Shown here: positions 20,301 through 29,120 of the stretch, piece after piece
Numbering within the stretch: the stretch's first letter is position 1
Layout of the letters: each line of letters opens with the position of its first letter
Source: Candidatus Babeliales bacterium
Lineage (GTDB): Bacteria; Babelota; Babeliae; Babelales; JANWKD01
Assembly: GCA_963722255.1 (NCBI GenBank)
Contig: CAVRJO010000002.1
Location: 64,001-128,000, forward strand
DNA: 64,000 nucleotides
Direction: 5' to 3'
Notes under the pieces: model-generated
Told to the model about the DNA's origin: nothing
Database searches by the model: none
What the model saw: the letters and a program-made list of their open reading frames with translations, nothing else
Made by a program: the position numbers and the translations under genes

Positions 20301-20746
20301 GAACTTTGCCCTTGCTGTATTGCATTTTTGCAAATATTTTCATGCTTATTGCGAGCGATCAAATTTTTTATAGCCTCATCATGCGATTGAGCATTGGTAG
20401 TTTTCTGAAATAATGAAGGTAAACGATTATCTTCTCTTACAGTTTTTTCATGTGTTTGCGACTCTTGAGAATCATCTTCGGAATATATTTCTAATTGATC
20501 GACAGATTCTAAACCGAGACTCGTCTCTATTATTTGATTTTCAGTCAAAATGGGTCTTACTGTTATTTCAAAATTATCCTTAGAAACCTCATTTACTGTA
20601 ACATCATAAGGAACTCTTGTTTGAGAAGTAAAAAGCTTTTGAAAAAAGCTCTTGTCATCTTTTGGCGTCTCTTCCATTCCAAAGCAAAAAAAATGATAAG
20701 AAATAACAGTTGCTATACAAAAATAGTTATTGAAAAATCGAGGCAT
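17351..20746 (-). CDS. Secreted polymorphic-toxin-like protein with C-terminal RNase-like (DUF4258/BECR-type) domain
   Basis: ATG at 20746 with GGAG RBS; signal peptide; C-terminal 'TEHGLQRLIERGFT...QRDGADVYIK...IIN...EVVSA'; overlapping small downstream gene. Confidence 0.7.
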   Translation of the reverse strand: MPRFFNNYFCIATVISYHFFCFGMEETPKDDKSFFQKLFTSQTRVPYDVTVNEVSKDNFEITVRPILTENQIIETSLGLESVDQLEIYSEDDSQESQTHEKTVREDNRLPSLFQKTTNAQSHDEAIKNLIARNKHENICKNAIQQGQSSIDPLNLPPGPGGTVGYDVATLESAIEYNKRKAGQGKRARDAYHKNKTVPAPVKNPVPLEKKQINEQKSDSGSLSGPSTYSSNNDSPKSNVIKAVPSNVSRAAIYENLRPYTGGNQTMQYSSLPNSRNESSPRATQSIEIDESEFETICSSPSTNVPKQVPTSTQRSYQSKQMNVRKLAPARDNDDTPESHMGLDNMDWPNYEEEKRIKEAARVSNVCKNIGDFLNDDRIPEHYREALNDAVNDSSYGRNDFNQTEERFNHIKSEYEQTILHQLRIRDDLNPEQLALRRSLEHEYISQEDQALLYSDDYKNIKKEKKADIDNNITFFDIFTNRLQLLKDKYKDKKKAQVNKSLDSISERYKRAYEEEEEKKAKKLKSERKQLKKARIAKIKKKREIQERFKHIGYELNSDKAAFERLKYLYLNPVVNLFTNMLQVNKDKYKDKKKTSVNKSFNKSLGNRGEQHKRAHEKEEKNLKGPDNEFASKPNVFKTNNLTFADTETVIEPEAYDPTINLAEPSLDSLDLIKTNRTNDFLNQIGINPNEYNDFKGSAEQEEFHKTLSKAIENASNLGIEVAPHVREMQQELFKTAYDLNRRNYTDLAREIKDLFEFLNPISLAKAVGNEIVDTVSNPLGYSQRRFDAIFGALCEFPKRQASTMIRSVQVIVKKCDEIGTLASSDLPFLEKYRKIDNAVKILVQTTHELISGETPITELTRIHHHFNNLSIDQRQKLFAQIAIDGFVDYLSIAGAFKTFNFAKYHRTLRNIPYRPQVITVEVCDNPRPSTSFNFAALVEGAAESRLPAAVENTAEQAIRAVAKESALPTTVSEPLVVNPGVSTAILSQAAVAEVIAEKGLAAKETVQNNIAECPPSCPEKFEKLKNELQSEEAKGLYEHQANEIKKIINVTEHGLQRLIERGFTPDIIKELVQNPDFRRVQRDGADVYIKKFNEKYAIMIINEKAKEVVSAMKDLALKKIKNLGENYGWTI

Positions 20747-20905
20747 GCAAAAACTCCATTTATAAAACACTAAGAGAAACTTTAATGCTTCATTTATTGT
20801 AAATAAAGCATTATATAATGAACCCCAGAAACTTGACACGATAAAATTAAAAATGTGTTAGTTTTTAATGAACATGAAAGTGAACATTATTATCGGGGAA
20901 TTTTT

Positions 20906-21181
20906 ATGGCAAGAAGATATAAAAAACATAGTAGTTCATTCAAAGCAAAAGTAGCTATAGATGCTATTAGAGAACAAAAAACTTTAAACGAACTAAGTCA
21001 GGAACATAGCATTGCTCCTGCACAAATCTCTATCTGGAAAAGACATGCTGAAGAAAATATGAGCAACCTTTTTGAGGGGAAACAAGAAAAGGACCAACAA
21101 GAGGAAATTGATAGGCTTTATCGAGTAATTGGTCAAATAACGGCAGAGCGTGATTTTTTAGAACGCTCGCTCAATCGATAG
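20906..21181 (+). CDS. IS3 transposase OrfA (HTH)
   Basis: HSSSFKAKVAIDA...QISIWK...IGQITAERDFL. Confidence 0.9.
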   Translation: MARRYKKHSSSFKAKVAIDAIREQKTLNELSQEHSIAPAQISIWKRHAEENMSNLFEGKQEKDQQEEIDRLYRVIGQITAERDFLERSLNR

Positions 21182-22083
21182 ATTTAAAGCAGCGTAAGGA
21201 AATGGTTGAGTGTGTAAATGAAGCAATAGACTTTAAAAGAAAATGTGAACTTTTAGATGTATCGAGAGGATCGATGTATTACAAGCCTAAACCTCAAAAA
21301 AATAATGATGCAATTATTATGAATGAGCTACGTGAAATTTATCAAGAAACGCCTTCCTATGGCTATCGGCGCATGACAGTAGCTTTAAGAGAAAATGGTT
21401 TTTTGGTTAATCATAAAAAAGTCTTTATGTTGCTTAAGATAGCGGGCATCCAGGCCATTTACCCTCGCAAAAAAACAACCATACGAAATCAGGGGCACAA
21501 AGTATTTCCTTATTTATTGCGTGGGTTGCTTATTAATCGACCAAATCAGGTTTGGCAAGTAGATATAACCTATATAAAAATACGGGGTGGTTTTGTATAT
21601 TTGGTTTGCTTAATTGATGTTTTTAGTCGAAAAATCATGGGATGGAAATTGTCAATTTCTCTTGATACAGCGTTATGCATAGAGGCGTTCAATAGTGCTT
21701 TGCAACATGGTATTCCAGAAATTGTTAATAGCGACCAAGGATGTCAATTTACCAGTGCTCTGTGGGTTGAATTAGTGCAACAATATGGAATTCAAATAAG
21801 TATGGATGGTAAAGGAAGATGGGCAGATAATGTTTATATTGAGAGGCTTTGGCGTACGATAAAATATGAGATGATACATTTGCATAGCTTTGATACAGTT
21901 CAACAGGTAAGAGATGCGCTTGCAAGTTACATTGTTTTTTATAATACACGACGTTATCATTCAAAGCTTAATTATCACGCACCAGACGCTATTTTCGCAA
22001 AAAAAATTATTCCATCTAAAAAAGAATTATTCGAAAGTTTTATAGCTTCACAAATTTATAAACTTGGAGCCGCTATGATTTAA
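21154..22083 (+). CDS. IS3 transposase OrfB (DDE), joined to OrfA by -1 frameshift
   Basis: WQVDITYI, NSDQGCQF, DNVYIERLWRTIKYE; the -1 frame opens exactly at slippery T-TTT-TTA (21154-21160). Confidence 0.9.
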   Translation, partial: FFRTLAQSIDLKQRKEMVECVNEAIDFKRKCELLDVSRGSMYYKPKPQKNNDAIIMNELREIYQETPSYGYRRMTVALRENGFLVNHKKVFMLLKIAGIQAIYPRKKTTIRNQGHKVFPYLLRGLLINRPNQVWQVDITYIKIRGGFVYLVCLIDVFSRKIMGWKLSISLDTALCIEAFNSALQHGIPEIVNSDQGCQFTSALWVELVQQYGIQISMDGKGRWADNVYIERLWRTIKYEMIHLHSFDTVQQVRDALASYIVFYNTRRYHSKLNYHAPDAIFAKKIIPSKKELFESFIASQIYKLGAAMI

Positions 22084-22239
22084 ATTTTTTTTTAATTTCG
22101 TGTCTTGACAAAGGGGTTCACTATATTAAGTATTTATGATTTTTTGTCAAATGAAACAATAAGAAGAAATGTTATGTTTTTTTTTGAAAAAATAGAATTG
22201 TTAGAATATATATTCATCTGCAAAAATTGAGCTTAAAAG

Positions 22240-22279
22240 AATAGTAGAGATTGAACAAAATTGTTTAATCTCTACTATT
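22240..22279. terminator. Long hairpin, probable terminator
   Basis: AATAGTAGAGATTGAACAA-aa-TTGTTTAATCTCTACTATT. Confidence 0.55.
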
Positions 22280-22327
22280 AAAGAAATGTTAATAGTTTTT
22301 GAAAATTCTAATTAAAAAAATTTTAAA

Positions 22328-22606
22328 TTATCTATCTTGATTCCTCAAAATACGAATTCGATTAACTTTTTGTATGGAAGGATACTTACCATGTATCTTG
22401 TAATATTCCTGAGCAAATAAAAGATCTTCGATCAAACTTTTAATATAACAAGTTGACACTTCCTGCGATCTTACAAATAAAACTTTTTTTCGTTTTTTAA
22501 ACGAATTCTTAAGTTTTTTATGCTCTTGATCCCATGAGCCCAAAGTATGTGATGCAGATTGCAATGCGTTAAAAATCAGTAAAGAGATAAGAGCTATTTT
22601 TTTCAT
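22328..22606 (-). CDS. Small secreted basic hypothetical protein
   Basis: MKKIALISLLIFNALQS signal peptide. Confidence 0.55.
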   Translation of the reverse strand: MKKIALISLLIFNALQSASHTLGSWDQEHKKLKNSFKKRKKVLFVRSQEVSTCYIKSLIEDLLFAQEYYKIHGKYPSIQKVNRIRILRNQDR

Positions 22607-22656
22607 ATAAAAATCTCGTTTCAAAACTATTCAAAAGACAACTTGTTTTAGTGTAA

Positions 22657-23301
22657 TTAAGATATAAGAGAAAGCAAATCTTTCAAATAACGAGTATCAT
22701 CACAGGTTTTAATAGCATAATTCACAGAATCCTGATACAGCTTGTGAAGTTTTTCAGGCAATCCCTCTAAAGAAGCAAGAGATTCATTGAGTATTGAATA
22801 ACTAAGCTCTTGGCCTTCTTGACATTTTTTCTTAGCATTTTCAACTATTTCTGAAACGGTATCAAGATCTTCTTGGGTTGCAAAAGTCGAAGTATCAAAT
22901 TTTAAATATCCTGCAAGCAATGGTTCCTTAACTTTTGCTAATTCATGCATAATCTCATTGATTTTAATCCTTATAATTTTTTTAATCGCATTGCTTTGAG
23001 CAGATATTTTAAATTCTGCCTCTTGTCTTCGTTTTTCATTTTCCAATTTCCTTAGTGCACGTCTTTCTTCTCTTTCAGCATCTAAAATAGTATCCAAATA
23101 TTCATCATACGGTACCGCATGGCCATTTATTGCCCAAATATCCTGTATTTTTCCATCAATAATATCTGTTCGGTGCGCAAAACGCATATCATTAACAGAC
23201 TCCTCAAGGACCGTTACCGATAATGATTTTTCAATAAAACGAGATTTGCAAATAGAAATTAAAAGAAGCGATACACATACTAATTTTATAACTTTCTTCA
23301 C
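22657..23301 (-). CDS. Secreted hypothetical protein
   Basis: GTG start after GAGGTG; hydrophobic N-terminus; coiled-coil middle. Confidence 0.7.
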   Translation of the reverse strand: MKKVIKLVCVSLLLISICKSRFIEKSLSVTVLEESVNDMRFAHRTDIIDGKIQDIWAINGHAVPYDEYLDTILDAEREERRALRKLENEKRRQEAEFKISAQSNAIKKIIRIKINEIMHELAKVKEPLLAGYLKFDTSTFATQEDLDTVSEIVENAKKKCQEGQELSYSILNESLASLEGLPEKLHKLYQDSVNYAIKTCDDTRYLKDLLSLIS

Positions 23302-23475
23302 AGTACACCTCAATTGTTGTCCCAAACTTTAACCTTACAGGTAAGACTATACTGTATCATACTAATTTTTAAACAAAAAAATGATTTATCCAAAAAACTA
23401 TGATATTCTATAGTTAGTAATTTACTATACATACTATATCTACTATGGTTTTCATATTGTATCAGGGTAAGACAA

Positions 23476-23946
23476 ATGAAAAGAAAAAAAGGATATTTTT
23501 CCATTTCAGCTGTTGCCAAGATGTTTTCAGTTCATCAACAGACAATTCGTTTATATGAAAAAGAGGGACTCATTGTTCCTAAACGGTCTGAAGGCAATAC
23601 ACGTCTTTTTTCAGATGAGGATGTTGATAAACTAGAAGAAATTATCTATTTAACACATCAATTAGGAATCAATCTGGCTGGCGTCGAAATGATTTTAAAA
23701 TTACAAAAGAAAATAAAAAAACTTCAAGGTGAAATGAATAAAGTATTTGATGAAGCACATGATGATCTGAGCAAAGAAGTTGCCGAATGCAAAGAAGAAG
23801 CTCAAATAAGTGCAAGAAAATTAATTACCTTGAAACATGAAAAGCTCAAAGAGATTGAAGTCAATCATAAAAATTCACAAAATGTTGCAAATAATCCCGG
23901 GGACGTAATAGATTTGGTGCAATGGGAAGTCGATTATGATGAATAA
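23476..23946 (+). CDS. MerR-family regulator, HspR-like
   Basis: FSISAVAKMFSVHQQTIRLYEKEGL..PKRSEGNTRLFS...LGINLAGV; precedes htpX. Confidence 0.85.
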   Translation: MKRKKGYFSISAVAKMFSVHQQTIRLYEKEGLIVPKRSEGNTRLFSDEDVDKLEEIIYLTHQLGINLAGVEMILKLQKKIKKLQGEMNKVFDEAHDDLSKEVAECKEEAQISARKLITLKHEKLKEIEVNHKNSQNVANNPGDVIDLVQWEVDYDE

Positions 23947-23966
23947 CGCGATAAAAGGGAAATTAT

Positions 23967-24833
23967 ATGATACCAAATAAAATCAAGGCGGTTATACTCC
24001 TTGGTGCTTTAAGTGGATTATTGCTTGCTATGGGAAGTTTCATTGGTGGCATTAAAGGGTTACAAATCGCCTTCATTATGGCATTGGTTATGAATTTTGT
24101 TAGTTATTTTTTTTCAGAATCAATTGTTTTAAATTTGTATAGAGCACAACCACTAGATAAAGAGCAATTTGGCTGGATTTACGAAACCGTAGAAGAACTG
24201 TGCCAAACTATGAACATACCGATGCCTCGCTTATGGCTCGTCTCTATGCCAATTGCTAATGCATTTGCTACGGGAAGAAATCCTCAGCATGCCTCGGTTG
24301 TTGTTACGGCCGGAATTTTGGATCTGCTTGATAAAGATGAGTTACGCGGTGTCTTGGCTCATGAACTTTCTCATGTTAAAAATCGTGATATTCTAGTAAC
24401 TACCATGGCAGCAACGCTTGCCACGGCAATCGGCTATGTTGCAAATATGCTACAATACAGTGCCATGTTTGGACAATCGAGCTCAAGTGATTCACAAAAA
24501 CGAACAAATCCGCTCATTGCACTTATTATTGCTATGATTATGCCTTTAGCAGCTTCCCTTTTACAACTTGCTCTTTCGCGATCTCGTGAATATCTTGCTG
24601 ATGAGTCCGGTGCACACTATTGCCATGAGCCTCTTGCTCTAGCCAGCGCACTTGCAAAAATTAGTAATAATAAACAATATACTCCTGCAAATAATGCCGT
24701 TGAAGCGACAACTTCTCCGTTATTTATAATTAATCCGTTAACAAGCTCAGCTTGGGCACAACTTTTCTCAACACATCCACCTGTTGAAAAAAGAATAGAA
24801 AAACTACAAGCTATGGCTCAAAAAATGCCTTAA
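23967..24833 (+). CDS. htpX: Zinc metalloprotease HtpX (M48)
   Basis: NAFATGRNP, AHELSH, SRSREYLAD, FSTHPP. Confidence 0.95.
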   Translation: MIPNKIKAVILLGALSGLLLAMGSFIGGIKGLQIAFIMALVMNFVSYFFSESIVLNLYRAQPLDKEQFGWIYETVEELCQTMNIPMPRLWLVSMPIANAFATGRNPQHASVVVTAGILDLLDKDELRGVLAHELSHVKNRDILVTTMAATLATAIGYVANMLQYSAMFGQSSSSDSQKRTNPLIALIIAMIMPLAASLLQLALSRSREYLADESGAHYCHEPLALASALAKISNNKQYTPANNAVEATTSPLFIINPLTSSAWAQLFSTHPPVEKRIEKLQAMAQKMP

Positions 24834-24848
24834 AGAAAGTTACTGCAT

Positions 24849-25325
24849 ATGTCACATGAAAAGTTTAACATAAATCATAATGACCAAGGTCAAATTCTTT
24901 TAACGTATGAACTTTTGTTTTTACTCCAATGGATTATGGAACATGAATCCGATGCTCTCAAAAAAATAATAGTACGAGCATTAAAAAATGGGTTTAATGA
25001 CCCTGAATTTCGGAGTAATGAAGTTATTGAAATGCATATTTCAGATCCGGCAATAAATGAAAGCATCGTAGATTTTTTAGGCCTTCTTGATAGTTTACTC
25101 TTAGAAGCAACGACAGAATTAGATATGCAAAAAAACGCAGAACTTACCCTAATACCAGCGCTTAAACACATTGATTCTACCATATGCGATGAAGAGGTCG
25201 TGCAAAGCAGCCTGAAAAAAACAAATGCTCAACTACATGCTAATTCAAAACAAAGTGCTCAGGAAATTTTATTAAAAGAACTATTGCGTCGTTGGAAACC
25301 GGATAAAAAGATTTTATCCAATTAA
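24849..25325 (+). CDS. Hypothetical protein
   Basis: 158-aa ORF closely following htpX. Confidence 0.75.
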   Translation: MSHEKFNINHNDQGQILLTYELLFLLQWIMEHESDALKKIIVRALKNGFNDPEFRSNEVIEMHISDPAINESIVDFLGLLDSLLLEATTELDMQKNAELTLIPALKHIDSTICDEEVVQSSLKKTNAQLHANSKQSAQEILLKELLRRWKPDKKILSN

Positions 25326-25352
25326 CAATATCTATTTATTACTAGAAACTTA

Positions 25353-25381
25353 TAGAGAGAAGTAGTAAAGGCTTCTCTCTA
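25353..25381. terminator. Terminator between convergent genes
   Basis: TAGAGAGAAGT-N7-GCTTCTCTCTA. Confidence 0.6.
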
Positions 25382-25405
25382 ATAATAGAAATATAATCTA
25401 AACAA

Positions 25406-26014
25406 TCAAAAACCAAAAAATCCGATCTTTTCCAGTGCCTTGCGCAACTCAACCATTGGAAGGCCCAAAATGGTGGTATAAGAACCATCTATAGATTTGA
25501 AAAATTGAGCACCAAAACCTTCTAATGCAAAAGCTCCTGAGCATGTTAATGCAGGAGAATTAGCAAGATATGCATCAAATGTATTTTCTGGAACAGAAAA
25601 AACACAGCGAGCTTCCACAAATTCAATAATTTGTTCTTGTGTTTGCCATTTTTCAAAGCGATACACTTTTTTCTCAAGACAAAAAGCTGTGCCAACACGT
25701 GCTCCTGAGCTGACCGAACGAAGCATTGCATAAGCATGCTCTCGAGACTCAGGCTTGCCAAGAATTTCACCTTGCAATGATTCTGTTAAGGTGTCTGCAG
25801 TCACTACAAAAAGCTCTTTACCATTGCTGCCTACCGGCATGATAATCTGCTCCATTTTATGCTTTGCTATTGATGAAACGAGGTGCGGTAATGGCAACGT
25901 CCAATCACATGCTTTTTCATCAGCATATTGATCAAGCTGCACGAAAGGGATTTCTGCTTCTGAAAGAAGATTGCGCCGAGAACGAGATTGGGATGCTAAA
26001 AGTAAAATGTTCAT
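25406..26014 (-). CDS. maf: Maf-family nucleotide pyrophosphatase (copy 1)
   Basis: LLASQSRSRRNLL, TADT, ILGKP, IDGSYTTILGLP. Confidence 0.9.
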   Translation of the reverse strand: MNILLLASQSRSRRNLLSEAEIPFVQLDQYADEKACDWTLPLPHLVSSIAKHKMEQIIMPVGSNGKELFVVTADTLTESLQGEILGKPESREHAYAMLRSVSSGARVGTAFCLEKKVYRFEKWQTQEQIIEFVEARCVFSVPENTFDAYLANSPALTCSGAFALEGFGAQFFKSIDGSYTTILGLPMVELRKALEKIGFFGF

Positions 26015-26185
26015 TTATAAATCATTCTTAAAAAATATAAAATCCTAAAAATTTATCTTTGTATAGCATTAGTATACAATTTAAAATGATTTAAAACTAT
26101 TACAACTAATAAGGTCTTTAATCCACACAAAAAAATAGTCCTAAAAGTTCATTTTTAAATTATAAGCTTTTTAGGACTATTTTAG

Positions 26186-26368
26186 TTATTTCTTTGGTGC
26201 CACTGGAACTTTAGCACCTTCTTTACGTGCTTCAGAAAGACCTATAGCTACCGCTTGCTCTTTACTGGTAACCTTTTTACCTGATTTACCGCTTTCAAGC
26301 TCACCTTTTTTATATTTATGCATAGCTTCTTTTACTGATTCTTGTGATTTTTTACCATATTTTGCCAT
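26186..26368 (-). CDS. Small basic protein, DUF6496-like
   Basis: MHKYKKGELESGKSGKKVTSKEQAVAIGLSEARK; AGGAGG RBS; downstream hairpin at 26132-26183. Confidence 0.85.
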   Translation of the reverse strand: MAKYGKKSQESVKEAMHKYKKGELESGKSGKKVTSKEQAVAIGLSEARKEGAKVPVAPKK

Positions 26369-26496
26369 GATTAACCTCCTTTTTTAATAAATAATGGCTA
26401 TTTTACTTCTTTACTTCTATTTTATAGTTTATCAAAACCAATAGACCAATTTCAAGAAAAAAAGCTGTTCATTAAGGCTTTTTTAAGGAATAATTT

Positions 26497-26730
26497 CTAA
26501 TAACAATCAAAGGGATTTCCATACTTATTTGGCATACCAAAGATAAAATTTCGCACACAATGCATGGTTCCAAATAAAATATAATAGGATGCATAATTTG
26601 AAACTTCTGGCTTTTTGATAACGCCAATTAATGATGGCCAATGTTCCGTATCAATAACAACAATATCACCCGTCCCTTGCTCAACCATAAAATTATTAGG
26701 ATTTGGATCAATACGATTATCAAAAACATT
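26497..26730 (-). pseudogene. 3' remnant of a kinase-like protein
   Basis: Frame extends upstream to NVFDNRIDPNPNNFMVEQGTGDIVVIDTEH (DxxxxN...ID) and then hits a stop; no N-lobe. Confidence 0.45.
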
Positions 26731-26935
26731 TTATGAGAAGGGATACCAAAATTAATAGAAATGAGGACAGTCGTGGAGCAGTTAAAATCTAAAGAGAATT
26801 ACCCAAAAAGTAACAAGTCTAAGGCTGGGGCCATGACAAGGAAGTTAGGCGAATAAAGCATTATAACAAAGAGGGAAGCAAAGGACTTATTCATAAAATT
26901 TGGGTAAAAAAAGTCCAAGGAAAATACCGGGTTAT

Positions 26936-27573
26936 TTATTTTTTCAAATGTGAAAGATAATAAGCAGCCATCGCAGCAGCTGATAAGTGCCAAGCAGCAT
27001 GTGGCCAAGTTTTACCTTTATATTGCCCTAGGTACACATCTAAAAGATTAATTGCTCCTACCGCTACAGGAAGGGCCAGAAGATGTGGATTTTCTTTAAG
27101 AACTTGGTATTCTCTTGCAAGCTTCAAAAGAGCAAATGCAACCCCAATTCGATCAACATACAAGAGCCATTGTTTTGGACAACTATGATAAGCAAATGAA
27201 GCTAAACCAGCACATATAATTTCAGGTGATTGATATTTTAAACCAACAAATATTAAACCCCATATTAGAAATAGCACACCAGAATTCTGATATATAGGGA
27301 GTCACATTGTACCAATCTTCCCGTTGAGTTGCAGGCTCAGCTAAACGATTAAAAAAGCCTGTATTGTCCTCATCTTTTGGACTAGACCAATAACCCTCTC
27401 CACGACTAAATGGTGCTTTAAATCCTTTGCCTCGATCGCAGATATCCTATGAATTTATTGTAGTTTTTTTGAAGAAAATTCTTATTATTTGTTGGAACTT
27501 CTTCTGGCTTCATTTCTAAAGCAAAGCTTGAGATGAGTACGAATGATAATGATAGTAATAATAACTTAGACAT
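26936..27573 (-). pseudogene. Alkaline-ceramidase/CREST-superfamily membrane hydrolase with two frameshifts
   Basis: ATG at 27573 with GGAGG RBS; three consecutive frames give signal peptide / YNVTPYISEFWCAISN / GLASFAYH, YVDR, HAAWH. Confidence 0.75.
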
Positions 27574-27794
27574 TAAATACCTCCTTTTTAATAAATTTAT
27601 ACTTTAATACAATAATATCAATTTGCATTAAAAATGCAATATAGCTCACACATTTGTCTTGAGCGGCAATTCAAAAAAAGCTCCTGCAGATAATAATGAA
27701 ACAAATAGGATAAAATTATATATTTTATTCATAACAACCTCCATATTAATACCTATAAATATTTTATACTATTTGTAATAAAAGCCAAGAATTA

Positions 27795-29093
27795 CTAGCT
27801 ATTTTTTTGTGCTTCAAAAGTATCAAAATGAGCATTAAGGATCTTTTTCATTTCTTCGGTTAATTGCTTGAATTCAACCATTTGTTCTCTAGAAAAAAGA
27901 ATTGGAATCCCTGCCTGCTTACAATACGGTAGAAGCAATGCAACAAGTGAAACATCATTTTCCTCGATAAGTTCACCCAAAACATCGCATTCTGCGATAT
28001 TTTCCAGAATTCGCGCACCTCTATCAAGCAGAGATTTCACAATGATGCAGTTCCTACTATCCATAAGTGCGCGATATAGGGCACTGTCCATTTCACCCTC
28101 AACATTTGTGGATGCACCTTTTTCTAATAACCAATTTACTAGAGATACAAAACCATATGATGCTGCATAACAAAGCGGTGTTTTATCCGATTCATCCAGC
28201 CCATTGAGTTGCTCTGGAAATTTTTTATAATAGATTTTTACAAGTTTTTTGTTCTGAGTGCGTACTGCACAATGCAATGCTTCATAACAGGTCATCCCGC
28301 GATCAAGCAATAAGCGAGCAATCGCTACTTGACCGCATAACGTTGCTTCATATAAAGCTTCAAATTCACCTAACTCACCAAGCCAAGAATGATCTTCATC
28401 ATGTTTAAGCAAAATTTTGATATGTTCTAATGCTCCGGCTCGTATTGCATTCACAAATCCTTGCTCTAAATCATGAAATGAAATATCTTTTCGATCTATA
28501 ATGCTTTTTAAATAATTTATATCTCCACCTGCACAAAGAGATGGTATCATTGTTGAATCAAAAGCACTCTCAATCACTTCAGCATATTTTAAAGCTCTTT
28601 CACCTGGGATTGCTAAAATAAATTTCAATAACTGATCATGATCATCTTGTTCCATGCGATCTTCAGGAACATAAAGAAGTTCATAACAATCAAGATGCCC
28701 TTGTTTAGCTGCAACCAAAATGGGAGTTTCATTCCATTTATTTCTTGGACGCCTATGGACTCCTAACTCCAATAAATAGGCCACAATATTTTCATTACCT
28801 AAATAAGCAGCAGTATGCAAAAGCGTATCACCATTATGATTTTTTTGTTGTGCTATATGAACAGCGGCTGCGGTAGGCAATGATTGTAAAACTCTTAATG
28901 TTTTCTTTACATTCCGATTTCCCTGTTGATACCCGTAAATTTTTTTTGCAGCTATTTCAGTTAACTTGGGCACATTAAAATGATTTGTTATTTCTAGTGC
29001 ATAAGTTTTTTTAGAAACATGCTCCTCTTCTTCCATTGCTGTAAGCAACGATGATATACCCAAAAAGATTACAAGAAAAATAGTAGATAGCAT
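27795..29093 (-). CDS. Secreted ankyrin-repeat protein
   Basis: Signal peptide; GDTLLHTAA, ETPILVAA, KTPLCYAASYG...LLEKGA. Confidence 0.9.
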   Translation of the reverse strand: MLSTIFLVIFLGISSLLTAMEEEEHVSKKTYALEITNHFNVPKLTEIAAKKIYGYQQGNRNVKKTLRVLQSLPTAAAVHIAQQKNHNGDTLLHTAAYLGNENIVAYLLELGVHRRPRNKWNETPILVAAKQGHLDCYELLYVPEDRMEQDDHDQLLKFILAIPGERALKYAEVIESAFDSTMIPSLCAGGDINYLKSIIDRKDISFHDLEQGFVNAIRAGALEHIKILLKHDEDHSWLGELGEFEALYEATLCGQVAIARLLLDRGMTCYEALHCAVRTQNKKLVKIYYKKFPEQLNGLDESDKTPLCYAASYGFVSLVNWLLEKGASTNVEGEMDSALYRALMDSRNCIIVKSLLDRGARILENIAECDVLGELIEENDVSLVALLLPYCKQAGIPILFSREQMVEFKQLTEEMKKILNAHFDTFEAQKNS

Positions 29094-29120
29094 AACAGAA
29101 TAACTCCGCTGAAAAAATGA

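Larger units (their letters stand above)
20814..22125 (+). mobile_element. IS3-family insertion sequence, 1312 bp
   Basis: Terminal inverted repeats TATAATGAACCCC... / ...GGGGTTCACTATA; 3-bp target duplication TTA at 20811-20813 and 22126-22128; orfA and orfB. Confidence 0.92.

Noticed and set aside
20747..20905. ORF-track starts at 20839 (toxin) and 20855 (orfA)
   Set aside because: The 20839 start lies within the IS end; ATGs at 20746 and 20906 have better RBS or family-typical N-termini.
27619..27732. Short - strand ORF with a strong GGAGG RBS
   Set aside because: Only 37 codons with no recognisable motif; possibly a decayed gene start but unsupported.
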